From the NCBI GenBank assembly GCA_964016885.1, contig OZ024741.1:135656001-135720000 (forward strand): a DNA stretch of 64,000 nt, read 5' to 3'. The DNA comes from Eledone cirrhosa. Taxonomy: Eukaryota. Numbering within the stretch: the stretch's first letter is position 1; each line of letters begins with the position of its first letter. Below are positions 12,155-25,950 of this stretch, in pieces. Below the pieces are notes generated by a model. It saw only the letters and a program-made list of their open reading frames with translations. It was not told where the DNA came from and did no database searches. The position numbers were made by a program, and so were the translations under genes.

Positions 12155-12605
12155 AAACATATACCATACACATTGAACGTCTGAAATTTCCGATTCTCAA
12201 ATTCTATTCACAACCAGAGTGTATATATAGTAGCATACACGAACGCCAAATTAAATGTTTGCAAAGTCAACTCTTTAACCATACATCCATGTCAGCGTCT
12301 TATCCAGAATTTTGTTAACACAAATTTTTATCGTTTTCAATAAAGGATTTCCACCTCAGTTCTTTTTATATTTCCCGGCATTTTGAGTTGTATATAACGG
12401 CCAATATATTAGCTTAGTACTTATTTCTAAGATAGCTATGATTATATAAATATAGGTGATAGGAAAGTTGTTGAGTAGAGCGTTAACGCCTTTGAATGTT
12501 TTCTGTATTTTTTTTTAGTGTTTGCAAAATGTCAACTTGAACATGCAGAAATAGTTTGTTATATATACATACATACGTCCATACATACATATATGTATAT
12601 ATGTG

Positions 12606-12686
<81 letters not shown>

Positions 12687-12906
12687 TTTAAATATGTGTG
12701 TGTGTGTGTAAATATATGTGTGTGTATATATTTATATGTGTATATACATATATATATGTATGCATATGTATGTATGTATGTATGTTTGTATCTATATATG
12801 CATGTATATTGTAAGGGCCTGTTTAGCTTAATGACTAGAGAAGTTTCTGAAGGAGGTTCGATTTCCCACAGCAAACTCTGATCACGTTTATCCGTTTATA
12901 CGTGTT

Positions 12907-12957
12907 CTTTACCCGACTTTCTGGGGTATTATAAATACCCCAGAAAGCCGGGTAAAG
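12907..12957. repeat. 24-bp-arm hairpin
   Basis: CTTTACCCGACTTTCTGGGGTATT-ata-AATACCCCAGAAAGCCGGGTAAAG, one mismatch. Confidence 0.85.
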
Positions 12958-13358
12958 CATTATAGTGATTAACTGTATTTATATTTCATTTTTTTACTTT
13001 TGAGCTTTCTACATTCTCTTTTAGCAGGAGAATAAACAACCAAATTCTTGGAACAATATTTATTCGTTTACAATTGTTTCAAAACCAGATCACAATTCGA
13101 TTAATAAAAACAAAACCTATCAAATTTTGAATCGATAAGCCCAGGGGATATTAAAATCGAACTATGATCGCATTACAACTTCAGAACGGAAAAAGAATAT
13201 AAATATAGATTTCAAAAATACATGTCACTGATGGAGGGGACTAGAAGAAAGACGTACCAATGAAAACTAATTACCAATAGAAGGAATAAATAGGGATGTT
13301 CAAACATTATTATTCAAAGAAACGTGGTAGGCGCATTAATTGACATAACCGGAAGTAA

Positions 13359-13440
13359 GTAGATCACAGTAAAGTACACTTCACAAGCATCTTTCTCGGT
13401 GAAATGTACTTTGCTGTGATCTACGCCTGAGTGATTAGTA
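13359..13440. mobile_element. Small hairpin/MITE-like element; reverse-complement copy at 17001-17094
   Basis: GTAGATCACAGTAAAGTACACTTCAC-loop-GTGAAATGTACTTTGCTGTGATCTAC. The same loop sequence appears inverted in the second copy. Confidence 0.75.
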
Positions 13441-13452
13441 CAAGGTGTATGA

Positions 13453-13567
<115 letters not shown>

Positions 13568-13618
13568 GAATATATATATATATATATATATGAATATATA
13601 TATATATATATATATATA

Positions 13619-13676
<58 letters not shown>

Positions 13677-13690
13677 TATATATATATATA

Positions 13691-13816
<126 letters not shown>

Positions 13817-14149
13817 TATATAAAAATATAATTTCAGCGAGATCGTATTTCGGCGGTGGCCAAAACAAAACAAACGCAATGTTCGAGATAAGCCGGCAAG
13901 CTTATCAAGAAGAAACCAGAGCAATTAACATGTGTTATAAGGCTAGGCAAAATGAAAAGAAGTGGTTGGGAAGTCAACAGCCACCTAAGCCGAAAAACCG
14001 AACAAGCTAATCAGGTTAACAAATAATTATCTGGACCTTCCCGGAAAGTGTTGGTAAAATCCAACGGGAGGTTTCTGTGACTTCTGAATCAAGTATATTG
14101 TTTGCTTTCGTCAACAGGTTTTCTGTTCTCAGCCGCCTACCGGGTTCCA

Positions 14150-14678
14150 ATGAAGTAGCAGTGAAGTGACTACCCCACCTGGTTACCCACCAAAGGGAGG
14201 TAACCCCGGGTTTTGGCGTGTGCATTCAAAATGTGTAAAGGAATTGCAAAACTGCACAAATTGCAAAAAACTGCACATATCGAAGTAAACTCTCGACCGG
14301 GTTGTTTTTATATAAACTTAAGCGATTAATCAGTCAATAGAATTGTCTAATCGAATTAACTAATTAATTGCTAGGCCCGGGAGATTAATACAAATATAAT
14401 TTCAGCGGGATCGTATTTCGGCGGTGGCCAAAACAAAACGAAACGCAATCTTCGAGATAAAGCGGCAAGCGCTCAATGGACTGACAAGAAACCAGAGCAA
14501 TTAACATGTGTTTTAAGGCCAGACAAAATGAAAACAGTCGTTATATATATATACAACAGAAATATCAATCAAATTTATATATAAATATTTATATATATAT
14601 ATATAAATTCATATACTGGTGGCTTAGTTCGGATGTAGGTGTGGAAACGGCTGGAACTCAGCCGTCGGGGTCCTGGCT

Positions 14679-14764
<86 letters not shown>

Positions 14765-15275
14765 AGCCAGGACCCCGACGGCTGAGTTCCAGCCGTTTCC
14801 ACACCTACATCCGAACTAAGCCACCAGTATATGAATTTATATATATATATATAAATATTTATATATAAATTTGATTGATATTTCTGTTGTATATATATAT
14901 AACGACTGTTTTCATTTTGTCTGGCCTTAAAACACATGTTAATTGCTCTGGTTTCTTGTCAGTCCATTGAGCGCTTGCCGCCTTATCTCCAAGATTGCGT
15001 TTCGTTTTTTTTTAGGCCACCGCCGAAATACTATTTCGCTGAAATTATATTTGTATTAATCTCCTGGGCCTAGAAATTACTTAGCTAATTCGATTAGACA
15101 ATTCTATTGACTGATTAATCGCTAAAGTTTATATAAAAACAACCCGGTCGAGAGTTTACTTCGATATGTGCATTTTTTTGCAATTCCTTTACACATTTTG
15201 AATGCACACGCCAAAACCCGGGGTTACCTCCCTTTGGTGGGTAACCACGTGGGGTAGTCACTTCACTGAACTTCA
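14150..15275. repeat. ~1.1-kb inverted repeat with (TA)n centre
   Basis: Arms ~14150-14682 and ~14761-15275. Identical 120-aa spurious ORFs on both strands place the centre at ~14721. Part of the arm (14392-14535) is also a direct repeat of 13822-13960. Confidence 0.92.
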
Positions 15276-15300
15276 TATATATATATATATATACATACAT

Positions 15301-15922
15301 ATATACACGTGTTTTGCAACGGGTCACTTTGTGGCTCGATGAAAAGTTAATAAATTAAATAATCAGAGCTATATATCATAAAACGTGTCTATAGAATCAC
15401 CAGATAAAATATGTACCATTTCCTCTCCCAATTAGCATATTTAACCATATAAAAAATCGAATAGACCAAGCTATAAGAGTAAGGCTTCTATGAAGAAATC
15501 TCCAACAAATAACCGAAACTAGCCCTCGCGCCGGCTGCGACGGAATATTTATCGAATATTTCGACAGCGTAATCGCCCAGATATACAGTCAATTAAACAG
15601 AATTAGGTGTAAAATAAACTAGGAGGAAAGTGAACACATTTAAATACCTCGATCATGGTTTCGTCCGCATTTTAAGATATCCGATGGCTTCGGAACCTTG
15701 AGCACCGGACTCCTCAGGAAGTTAGCTCAAATTTAGACAATAAATTTTCCAAAGTGATCGCGTCAAGAATACATTAAAAAATGGCTAAAAATCGTGACGT
15801 AGCAGCGGTCAGGTTAGAAGGAATGTGGTTAGTTGCTTACGGCTGGTGGCCTTTTGCTAGAAAGCGCAGCACAATACAGCCACATTTGTATCTCAACCTA
15901 ACGGGATATTATTACATATAAA

Positions 15923-15969
<47 letters not shown>

Positions 15970-16045
15970 GTGTTTTGCAACGGGTCACTTTGTGGCTCAA
16001 TGAAAAGTTAATAAATTAAATAATCAGAGCTATATATCATAAAAC
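15301..16045 (-). mobile_element. Family G PLE-like 3' end with directly repeated terminus
   Basis: An ~84-bp direct repeat at 15301 and 15962, each next to (TA)n, with a hammerhead between them. Confidence 0.65.
15647..15721 (-). ncRNA. Hammerhead with extended stem II
   Basis: Minus strand reads CTTC-CTGAGGA-GTCCG-(38-nt loop containing TCCGA-agcca-TCGGA)-CGGAC-GAAA-CCATGA-TC-GAGG. One mismatch in stem III. Confidence 0.65.
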
Positions 16046-16494
16046 AATACTCACCAAAGAGAAGTATAAATAAATAAATAAATACATACACAAGCACAAT
16101 AACAACAAACACATATAAACACACACTAGTAAACTAAGATAGAATACAATAACCAATGCACGAACACACATCAAACACTATACACACACGCAAACGCATA
16201 CGCAGAGAAGACAAAAAAAAAATAAATAAACAGACTAAATAAAGATGGCGTAAGCATACAATACAATGGGAGGAAACAAAATAGCACCACAGACGATGTT
16301 GCAGATGTGCAACGAAAGAACTTTGTTAGACTATATATATGTGTTTTTGTCTATATTATATCTGTATTTTTGACCGTTGGTCAGTTAATGGTAACATTGA
16401 GGACCGAATAAATTAAATTAACCGATATAAAAGACACAGAAGCGAAAACCAACCAAACAGTGAGTGTGTTCGTTTATTAATTCTGGCAATATTA

Positions 16495-16930
16495 TTACAC
16501 AAATATGACCCTCCCCAAGTATAACAATATTTGTTTCGACACCCGATTTCATATCAAAAACCTCGCAAAACTAATATATATATAATATTATATCTTGTGA
16601 CGTAGGACAGAACAAAGATGTCGTAGGACAGAAGAAAGGAGAGGCACAAAAACAAAGAAAAGAATTCCCAGTCACTGAAGAGGTCACAGAATGTGTGACG
16701 AAAGAACTTTGACAATATATGAACAACCGTCCGGTTGTGGAACCAACCAACCAACCGGAAATTTATAAATTCTTAAATTTATAAATTTAACTTATAATAA
16801 ATTGGAGTGAAAACAACTGGAGGGTGTGTTTCTTATTGGCAACATGACCCTCCCAAAGCATAACAATATCGGTTTCTCAACACCTTTTCAGATAAAGAAT
16901 CTGGCTAAACAAATTCAGAAACGAGATATA
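16495..16930 (+). mobile_element. Family C PLE 3' ends in tandem, HHR at 16671-16713
   Basis: GTCA-CTGAAGA-G-GTCACA-gaatg-TGTGAC-GAAA-GAAC-TT-TGAC. The tail ends TCAGAAACGAGAT into (TA)n. Confidence 0.85.
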
Positions 16931-16966
<36 letters not shown>

Positions 16967-17255
16967 CATATACATATATTCATACATATATAGCTGCTTC
17001 TACTAATCAGTGAGGGGTAGATCACAGCAAAGTACACTTCTCCGAGAAAGATGCTTGTGAAGTGCACTTTACTGTGATCTACCCCTCAGTGATTTCTTAT
17101 AAGATGCTCTATATGTGTTTACTTTTCTGAATGAGATTACTTTAGCGATCTCTTTTCATTGATATAATATGTATATTCGTGACAAATTTAATTATGTATA
17201 TATATATACATATATATGTATATACATATATACATACATACATACATACATACAT

Positions 17256-17321
<66 letters not shown>

Positions 17322-17340
17322 GTATACTGTATATGTATAT

Positions 17341-17444
17341 AGCGTCCAAAACATTAAGACCCACTTCCTGCTATTTCAAGCGTTAACCTAATATATCCCT
17401 TCCATATACTGTACCGATTGTGCTGTTATCTCTGTTTACCTTTT

Positions 17445-17450
<6 letters not shown>
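17341..17450 (+). mobile_element. Family E PLE-like 3' tail (matches 47045-47150 reverse complement)
   Basis: Shared GTTAACCT.ATATATCCCTTCCATA.ACTGTACC.ATTGTG.TGTTAT.TCTGTTTACCTTTTACA. It begins in a decayed HHR 3' half. Confidence 0.75.
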
Positions 17451-17485
<35 letters not shown>

Positions 17486-17585
17486 GAGAGAGGGAGAGAG
17501 AGAGAGAGAGAGAGAGAGATGTAAAGATGTCTATAATATCCCTGTAAAAATGTGAAACACCTTTCTAAACAACCACAAGTAACAT

Positions 17586-17992
17586 TCTTCTTCTTCTTCT
17601 TCTTCTTCTTCTTCTTCTTCTTCTTCTTCTTCTTCTTCTTCTTCTTCTTCTTCTTCTTCTTCTTCTTCTTCTTCTTCTTCTTCTTCCTGAGAAGAGGGCA
17701 GAGTCTTCAAACACACTTCCAGCGGCTGTTGTCAGAAGCAACCGTCTACAACTGATGCAGCTGTATCCCCAAGTGAGAGTAGCCGAGCTCATGGATGTTA
17801 TCCAACCATCTTGCTTCGGGGTCTACCCCTGGATCCAGAGCTGTGATTTCTCAATTCTAAGAAGTAGCGGCTCTACCTGGAGTGACTCTCTGATCTCTGA
17901 GCTACACACTCTACTCCAGTAACGTTACTTCAAAGACCCTCCGAAGGAACCCCATTTCGCCAGCTTGTATTCGCGATCGTATTCATTCTGTT
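17586..17992 (-). mobile_element. RTE-clade LINE 3' fragment with (GAA)n tail
   Basis: Minus-strand RSRIQAGEMGFLRRV...SSEIRESLQVEPLLLRIEKSQL...GRPR. Ends in ~100 bp of (GAA)n. Confidence 0.8.
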
Positions 17993-18096
17993 ATTAAGTA
18001 ACAAGTTGAAATAATTACTGGTTTCGTTTTTATAAACTTAATCCCGAGGATGGTGGGCCATGACTGATAAAGGAATATATATATATGTATTATATG

Positions 18097-18862
18097 ATAT
18101 TTCGTTTCTGAATTTGTTTAGCAAGATTCTTTATCTGAAATCGTGTGTTGAAACCGATATTGTTATACTTTGGGAGGGCCATGTTGCCATTTAGAAACAC
18201 ACGCACCAGTTGCTTTCACTTCAATTTATTATATATCTATAAATTTATAAATTTACAAATTTACAAACTCATAAATTTCTGGTTGGTTGGTTGGTTCTAC
18301 AACCAGATAGTTGTTTATATATAGTCATAGTCCTTTCGTCACACACTCTGTGACCTCTTCAGTGACTGGGGATTCCTTTCTTCGTGTCTGTGCCTTTCCT
18401 TTCTTCTATCCTACGCCATTTTGTTTCTGTGTGTGTGTTGTGTGCTCAGTTTGCGCATGCGCCACATCCGGGTGTCTGTGTGTGTTTGTGTTCATTTATC
18501 TATTTGTTTATTTATTTATTTATTTATTGTTGGTTGGTTGTTTGTTCTATGTGTGTGTTTTCATTTTGTCCTGTGTGTGTTTTCATTTTGTCCTTAATTG
18601 TAAGTTGTTTGTTCTATGTGTGTGTGTGTTTACATTTTGTCCTTAATTGTAAGTTGTGATGTTGCTGTTCCACTCATATTTTCTATTTAATTTAATTTTG
18701 GTTTTAATTCTTTTATGCTTACTGCCTCTGTAATTTGCCTAAACATTGCGTCTTTTCTGTGTGTGGATTCTATTTTTATTTCTATGCTCTCTAATCTACC
18801 CCTGTGTTCTATCTTAGCATGTTGGTAGAGCACAGATGATTCTTTATTATCTTGGAGGTCTA
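18097..18862 (-). mobile_element. 5'-truncated PLE: GIY-YIG C-terminus, 3' UTR and family C HHR (18323-18367)
   Basis: SSVLYQHAKIEH...FRQITEAVSIKELKPKLN* (stop at 18687). HHR reads AGTCA-CTGAAGA-G-GTCACA-gagtg-TGTGAC-GAAA-GGAC-TA-TGACT. Confidence 0.85.
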
Positions 18863-18984
18863 TATATATATGATTCCAGTTCCTCAATGAAACAACAACC
18901 CAACCAGGAACTGGGCATATCAGAGTATTGACAAAGTTAAACACCTCAACAACATGTGTACTCGTCTCTACCACACTAATTCGG

Positions 18985-19039
18985 ACTGCCTGAAGAGGTC
19001 ACAGCCAAAGATGGCTGTCAGCGAAATATATATAGCAGT
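18985..19039 (+). ncRNA. Minimal hammerhead, family D
   Basis: ACTGC-CTGAAGA-GGTCACAGCCA-aaga-TGGCTGTCAGC-GAAA-TATATA-TA-GCAGT, with AATAAA at 19040-19045. Confidence 0.8.
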
Positions 19040-19085
19040 AATAAACGAAGCCAAATTTTAAACATTTGACTTATTTATTTTATTT

Positions 19086-19151
<66 letters not shown>

Positions 19152-19159
19152 ATATATAT

Positions 19160-19360
19160 AGAATAAAGATGAAATCGAAAATGCAACTGGAGTCTTATTT
19201 TTAAAAAAATATATATATTTATTTGGTTCCTTTACCGGTTTAGCAGGTCTTCTGATTTTCAAAAATAGTGTTGAGATGGAGGGTCTGTGGTTTTTCTCAG
19301 GTGTGAGAAAAACCACAGACCTTCCATCTCAACTCTACTTTTGAAAAGCAGAAGAACTGC
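19160..19360. mobile_element. Family A cassette, fold-back with truncated right arm
   Basis: The apex at ~19300 is at the same element position as the apex at 1964. Confidence 0.85.
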
Positions 19361-19463
19361 CATCCAGTAATATACTTCTTATACCTTATCATTTGCATCT
19401 TTTATTTCTAATGTAATATTTAGTTTTAAACATTTGACTTATTTATTTTATTTTATTTTACTT

Positions 19464-19513
<50 letters not shown>

Positions 19514-19779
19514 CCTTACATAGATCAATAATGAAGTATAGCTACAATGTATTATCATCAACCAGAAACGATCGTAAAGCATGACTTGATTTTTTATTTC
19601 ATTGTTTTAACTTATATATATATAAGTTAAAACCAAACGACCATTGTTCAATTGGTCAAATATAGATTAAAATAGGCACTCCCAAAAATTCTTATTTAGA
19701 TAAAATAAGCCATATACTCATTGTATTCTCATTAAAAACCTTCTATATACTTGTTTACCAGCAAATTGAATTGCCATCT

Positions 19780-20368
<589 letters not shown>

Positions 20369-20734
20369 GTGTTTCTCGTTTGGAGTCCGATAAGAGCATA
20401 AACGAAGTTGGTTCTCGATGAATGCTTTGTTGCTGTGTCGGCATAATTAAAAGATATAATCCCAATAGAGGTTCCGTCCGGATATCTCTGATGGACTGTA
20501 TCTTCGATGTATACATTTACATGCCACTAACCATCCTGTGACTGAAAAGGCAATAACTTCAATGGCTCCTCACCATCAATGGTGCGTTGCATTAGATGCA
20601 ATCAATGACGTGACTCGCTGCAACACCATTACATTTCCTTTAAATGGGCTAAGAATATTTGCAAAATAATCTGCATAAATATCTTAGAACTCAAGCTTCT
20701 CGGCATGTATATACACACACACACATGTACATAC

Positions 20735-20771
<37 letters not shown>

Positions 20772-20787
20772 TCACACAGACACACGC

Positions 20788-20838
<51 letters not shown>

Positions 20839-20870
20839 TATATATAAACACACACATACACACACACAGT

Positions 20871-20937
<67 letters not shown>

Positions 20938-22149
20938 CACACACACACACACAAAGAAGTACGTACTCTAATCCATAACACATTTATTTAATTTTGTGAA
21001 CTATTTCGAATTTCTATGAAGTTTGTAGAAAACGATTTTTCTTTAATGAATTCGCTTCGCAACTATATGATCCTGTATTAAGTCCCGTTGCACGGCATTA
21101 TGGGCAAGTGACCCCCTCCTCTAGAGCTGCGCTTTGACCAAGGATTGTCCGTGTCATGCTGTTGGATATCCATCAGTTACGTTGATGAGATATTCAGTTG
21201 TTTGATCAATGCAACAGTCTGCTCACGAACCGAACATCCTAGAACCTGAACACTCTATACAAACGTGTACTTTATCCTAGTTCTCAAAAAGCTTCAGCAT
21301 AACATGGCGGTATGCAGTTAGAATTCATTTTTTCAACTAAGTGGACTAGAGCAACGTAGAATAAAGTTTTTTGTTCATTAACACAACAATCAAGCAGGAA
21401 TCGAACTCACGGCTTTGCGATCGTCAGCTATTACAAGTATTATCTGTAACTCTGGTTTTAACGTACGCAATTGATAATTTAATATGATATTCAACAGATT
21501 TTTTAACTTTAAAAATTTAGTTATTAATAAGAATTTGTTGACTTACAAAATATTGGATAGTTTAAAATTTGAAAATATAGTCACTACAATGCAGATAACT
21601 ATAATTATATTTATTTACATTATGGTGACTTTCAATTCAAATTTAAGGTTTTCATACATCAATAATTCTATTCCCTCTATTTTCCAACGTGTTTTCGCCT
21701 GAAGTAAAATCAAAGTTACAGTTTTATTTTCGTCTTGATATTTCCTTACGAAGATCCAGCTTTATCCTATTGCTTGTTTCAGTTTTTGTGAAGGTCATTC
21801 GAGGAACCCTTTTATCAAGTCTTGCTTTGCTTAATGGTTCGCTGTGAACAGTCGTCATGTTTTAACAAATCTGACAAGCCAGATCTAACAGCTGCATTTT
21901 AAAGTGTTTCTGCTTTATGTTGAGTGGTGTTTTCTCATTTTTCTTCTCTGTTAAAATACTCTCGTAGCATAGTGTATTTGTATTACTGTTAACTGTGTAC
22001 AATGTGGGCAGCTGTCGATTCTGGTGTTATTAACTACGCATTACTTTACGAATCACTGTATCAAACATACCAATAGACAAATATATTACTTGTGATACCT
22101 GATAAAGTAACACCATCAGCATGTTATCAAGAACACATTTACCGCTACT

Positions 22150-22460
22150 CCCCTGTGAGCACTAACATCACGGCAAAGACGACAACCACCCACCATCACA
22201 ATCACTCCCCCATCTCCTTCCGCATCACCGAAATCACCATCATTTCCACTAACAACATCACGACGACAACGACTACAATGACAACTACCGCCAACGCCAA
22301 CACCAACTTCACCATCACCATTACCATCATCATCACCGACATTATGTCGACATCGCTGACCACAAACATCACTACAATCTCCAAAACAATCACCACCACC
22401 CATCACCACCATCCATCACCACCACCACCACCACCACTAAGACAACAACAACAACACTGA
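22150..22460 (+). repeat. Low-complexity (CAC/CAT/CAA)n tract
   Basis: Degenerate trinucleotide repeats. A similar (CAA)-rich tract lies at 30680-30990. Confidence 0.85.
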
Positions 22461-22764
22461 TGCCGCCCAATCAAAAGAGCAGTATTAATATTCAAAGGAG
22501 AAATATGTTAGCAAGTAAAGTGACAAACCAGGAATCAATAGTGATGACTGTAGACGGAACCCGGATGGAGAGATAAATGGCTATTATAATCATCATCGGT
22601 GAAAAAGCCTGCTAAACTACAAAAGATAAAAGAAAATAACAATGATTAAAAAAAAATACTGGAATCATCATATCCCTTAAAACAATTCAAAAATTCATAG
22701 AGAATGAATAGGTATGACTGCCGGAAATAACAATATATCCAATATCAATATGTCTATGTATATA

Positions 22765-22772
22765 TATATGTA

Positions 22773-22807
<35 letters not shown>

Positions 22808-22927
22808 TTGAGAGTGCGTGTATGTGTATATATAATTATATGTAAGTTTATAACGAAGGAAAAGTGGTAAGGAACCAGGTGGACCATAACGCACCAAAGT
22901 ACTCAATACTTAGGGTAGTAGAGTGGG

Positions 22928-22962
<35 letters not shown>

Positions 22963-23033
22963 TACATATAGGAACAAGTAAGACCCCGACGGCTGAGCTC
23001 AAGCCGTCGAGGTCTTACTTGTTCCTATATGTA

Positions 23034-23082
<49 letters not shown>

Positions 23083-23173
23083 TTGAGAGTGCGTGTATGT
23101 GTATATATATATATATGTATATATATATACATATGCTTGAGAGTGCGTGTATGTGTATATATATATATATGTA

Positions 23174-23216
<43 letters not shown>

Positions 23217-23261
23217 TTGAGAGTGCGTGTATGTGTGTATATATATATGTAAGTTTATATA

Positions 23262-23298
<37 letters not shown>

Positions 23299-23313
23299 GC
23301 TTGAGAGTGCGTC

Positions 23314-23344
<31 letters not shown>

Positions 23345-23428
23345 GCAAGTTTATATATATATATATATATATGCTTGAGAGTGCGTGTATGTGTATATAT
23401 ATATGTAAGTTTATATATATATATATGA
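22765..23428. repeat. (TA)n-punctuated minisatellite with family F inserts and an 86-bp palindrome (22955-23040)
   Basis: Alternating GTAAGTTT and TGCTTGAGAGTGCGTGTATG units. 22850-22932 matches family F at 42900-42985 and 44540-44615. Confidence 0.8.
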
Positions 23429-23686
23429 GGGTGTTAATAGTAAATTATTTAATGAGTCGGAATATTTTGCAGTATATTTACATAACTAAGGTTTCCCCTT
23501 TCATGTGGACTGCTCAGTAAACACTTCTGAAGATATAACTTTTTATGGTTAGCAGAATAATAATACTGGCCTTGCTAGAATTAATATTGTATTAATTTCT
23601 ATTGAAACTAACAAGTATGAGTATTGTAATATAACAAAAAAAATGTCACTCTTATGATTTATATATTTACACTCATACACACACAC

Positions 23687-23718
<32 letters not shown>

Positions 23719-24283
23719 GTGAATATGTATGTATGTATATATATATATATATAGGTATATATATATGTATATATGCATATACTTATATATACACTCACTC
23801 ACATGCACACGTAATGTTTTTGTTTTTATCGTATATTAGAAATATACTTCGTTTATATACTTCGTTTTTTTTGTAAAGCGTTAAGAGCGTGTTTTTGATG
23901 TTTATGTATAGATTTTAGAATTGGTTTTCTTAGTAGTATTTTGGCTATAATAGTTGCTTTATCAGTAGACCCAAATATATTATATAACGTCTAGAAGCAA
24001 AGGTTGAGAAGAGAAAATCTATCTCCCAGTGAAATCGCAGCTGGAATCTTGAAATATTATATGCGGGAAAGAATGACAATGGATATAGTTCATATATCCT
24101 GAAGAACATTTTATAGATACAGATCATTTTAAAAATCCTTTTAACTTATTTTTTTACTCATTCCTAGTCACTAGACCGTGGTCATGTACCACATTCAAAA
24201 GATTTAGTCGACACAAGTTGTTATTTTTATCAAATGTGATACTTACTTAATCAATCTTGTTTTGTCGGGCCGCTAGTTAGATG

Positions 24284-24450
24284 CAGAGGCGTAACTATGG
24301 AAAATAGCATCGTTGACAAGCAGTGAAAATTGCGCCCCTGCCCAAACATCTGACACCCATTTTCAGATAACCATAAAGTCCAAGTGGCATCCCCCTTCAA
24401 ATGGGGCCCATGGCACGTGCCATACTTGCCATGTCCTAGTTACGCTCCTG
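24284..24450. mobile_element. hAT-type MITE, 167 bp
   Basis: Terminal inverted repeats CAGAGGCGTAACTA / TAGTTACGCTCCTG and an 8-bp TSD GTTAGATG / GTTATATG. Confidence 0.85.
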
Positions 24451-24554
24451 GTTATATGACACAAATACAGACTGAGCTACAATTGTAATAATACCCAGAG
24501 TGACACATGCGCCCCCAACACACACACACATGGGCAGACACACATACAAAAAAA

Positions 24555-24678
24555 CAACGAGCTTTCTGCAATTTCCGCTTACCAGTCCATTCACAAGCAT
24601 TTCATCAACCCGTTCAGTGGGACTGAACCCAGAACCCCATAGTTGGGAACATAACTTCTTAATCCCACAGCCATGCAT
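24555..24678 (-). mobile_element. Old SINE, third family (relative at 56605-56742)
   Basis: Shared CAGTGGG.CT..A...GAA.CC.CAT...TGGGAAC...AA.C.CACAGCCATG. Confidence 0.6.
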
Positions 24679-25726
24679 GCGAATACGTGCTTTCGGAACT
24701 CTGAAATTACATGATTCACTACGATCTATTCTCGAATTACCTCGTTTCATATATGCTTCCGCAATGATATTCCAACGATGGGTCATTCCATGGTCCTGTG
24801 TATCATAGTCATTCGTTGTTCATACTCCTTCGTAGTCTTCCACATCTCACTTGTGTATATGATCTCACATAAGATATTGCTGGAGCTATTGGAACTACTG
24901 ACATTCTTGTACAGTTGTATTTCGAGTACATCTTTAATCAATACAAACATCTACGACTCTTATTATGAGTAAAGGAACACAGTAGAAGACTGATTATTAT
25001 TTTTTTTTTGTATATATAATTAGTAACTGGTTTAAGAAAAATATCAAGTATATCAACTGCCAAATAATGTAGTCAAGGATAGTGCTCAGTCAGGGTTGAT
25101 TTGGAGTGAAAAAAAAAAAAAAAGCAGAATGTCAAAAAAGATCACTTTGCAATGGTTTTGTATTTCTTCTGATAGCGCGGCACATTGTATACGTATGTAT
25201 GTGTGTGTGAATTTATGTATGTGCGTGTATGTATAAATGTGTGTATATCTATATGCATACATATGCACCACACATATGGCACTACAGTACATTAAATAGA
25301 TACATGAGTTCATACACACTGGCACACAGATACACACAAACACACATAAAAAATGCTGGAGATTTCATATTTATTCAAGCACTTATTTTTAGTTGGATAG
25401 TCATCAACGACTTCTCTGGTTGTGATCAAGTGGATATTTCAGTTCCATTGTATCACACATTGTTTAATAGTTTCCTCCCCACCCCATTTGTGTTAAAGAA
25501 ATATAATTAGTAATCTAATTAGTTATCTTAACTTCCGTAAGTTTCATTATGTTTTTCTAACTTAAAGATGGCGTCGATGTAGTGAGCGTTAGTTTACCAC
25601 GTTTTTATATGAAATACAATTTCAACCCAAAGCATGTATCCGGAAATAATACTGTAGAGCCACAGAGCATTCTATCTTAGGTTTTGGTGTTTCATATATA
25701 TATATATATATATATATAGTAATAAT

Positions 25727-25950
25727 AATTGTTTCTACTTTTGGCACCAGGCCACCAATTACGCAGTACATTACTGGTACTTTATTTTATCGACCCCGTA
25801 AGGATGAAAGGCAAAGTTAACCTCGGCGGGATTTGAAATCAGATCGTAAAGGGACGTAATATATATATATAATAATAATAATTGTTTCTATTTTAGGCAC
25901 AAGGCCAGCAATTACCCAGTACATTACTGGTACTTTATTTTATCGACCCC
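25727..25950 (-). mobile_element. Two truncated tRNA-derived SINE copies
   Basis: Reverse complement of the SINE 3' half at 25727-25860 and 25878-25950. Confidence 0.88.

Noticed and set aside
14506-14937. Identical 120-aa proteins on both strands
   Set aside because: A consequence of the DNA palindrome; low complexity with no coding features.
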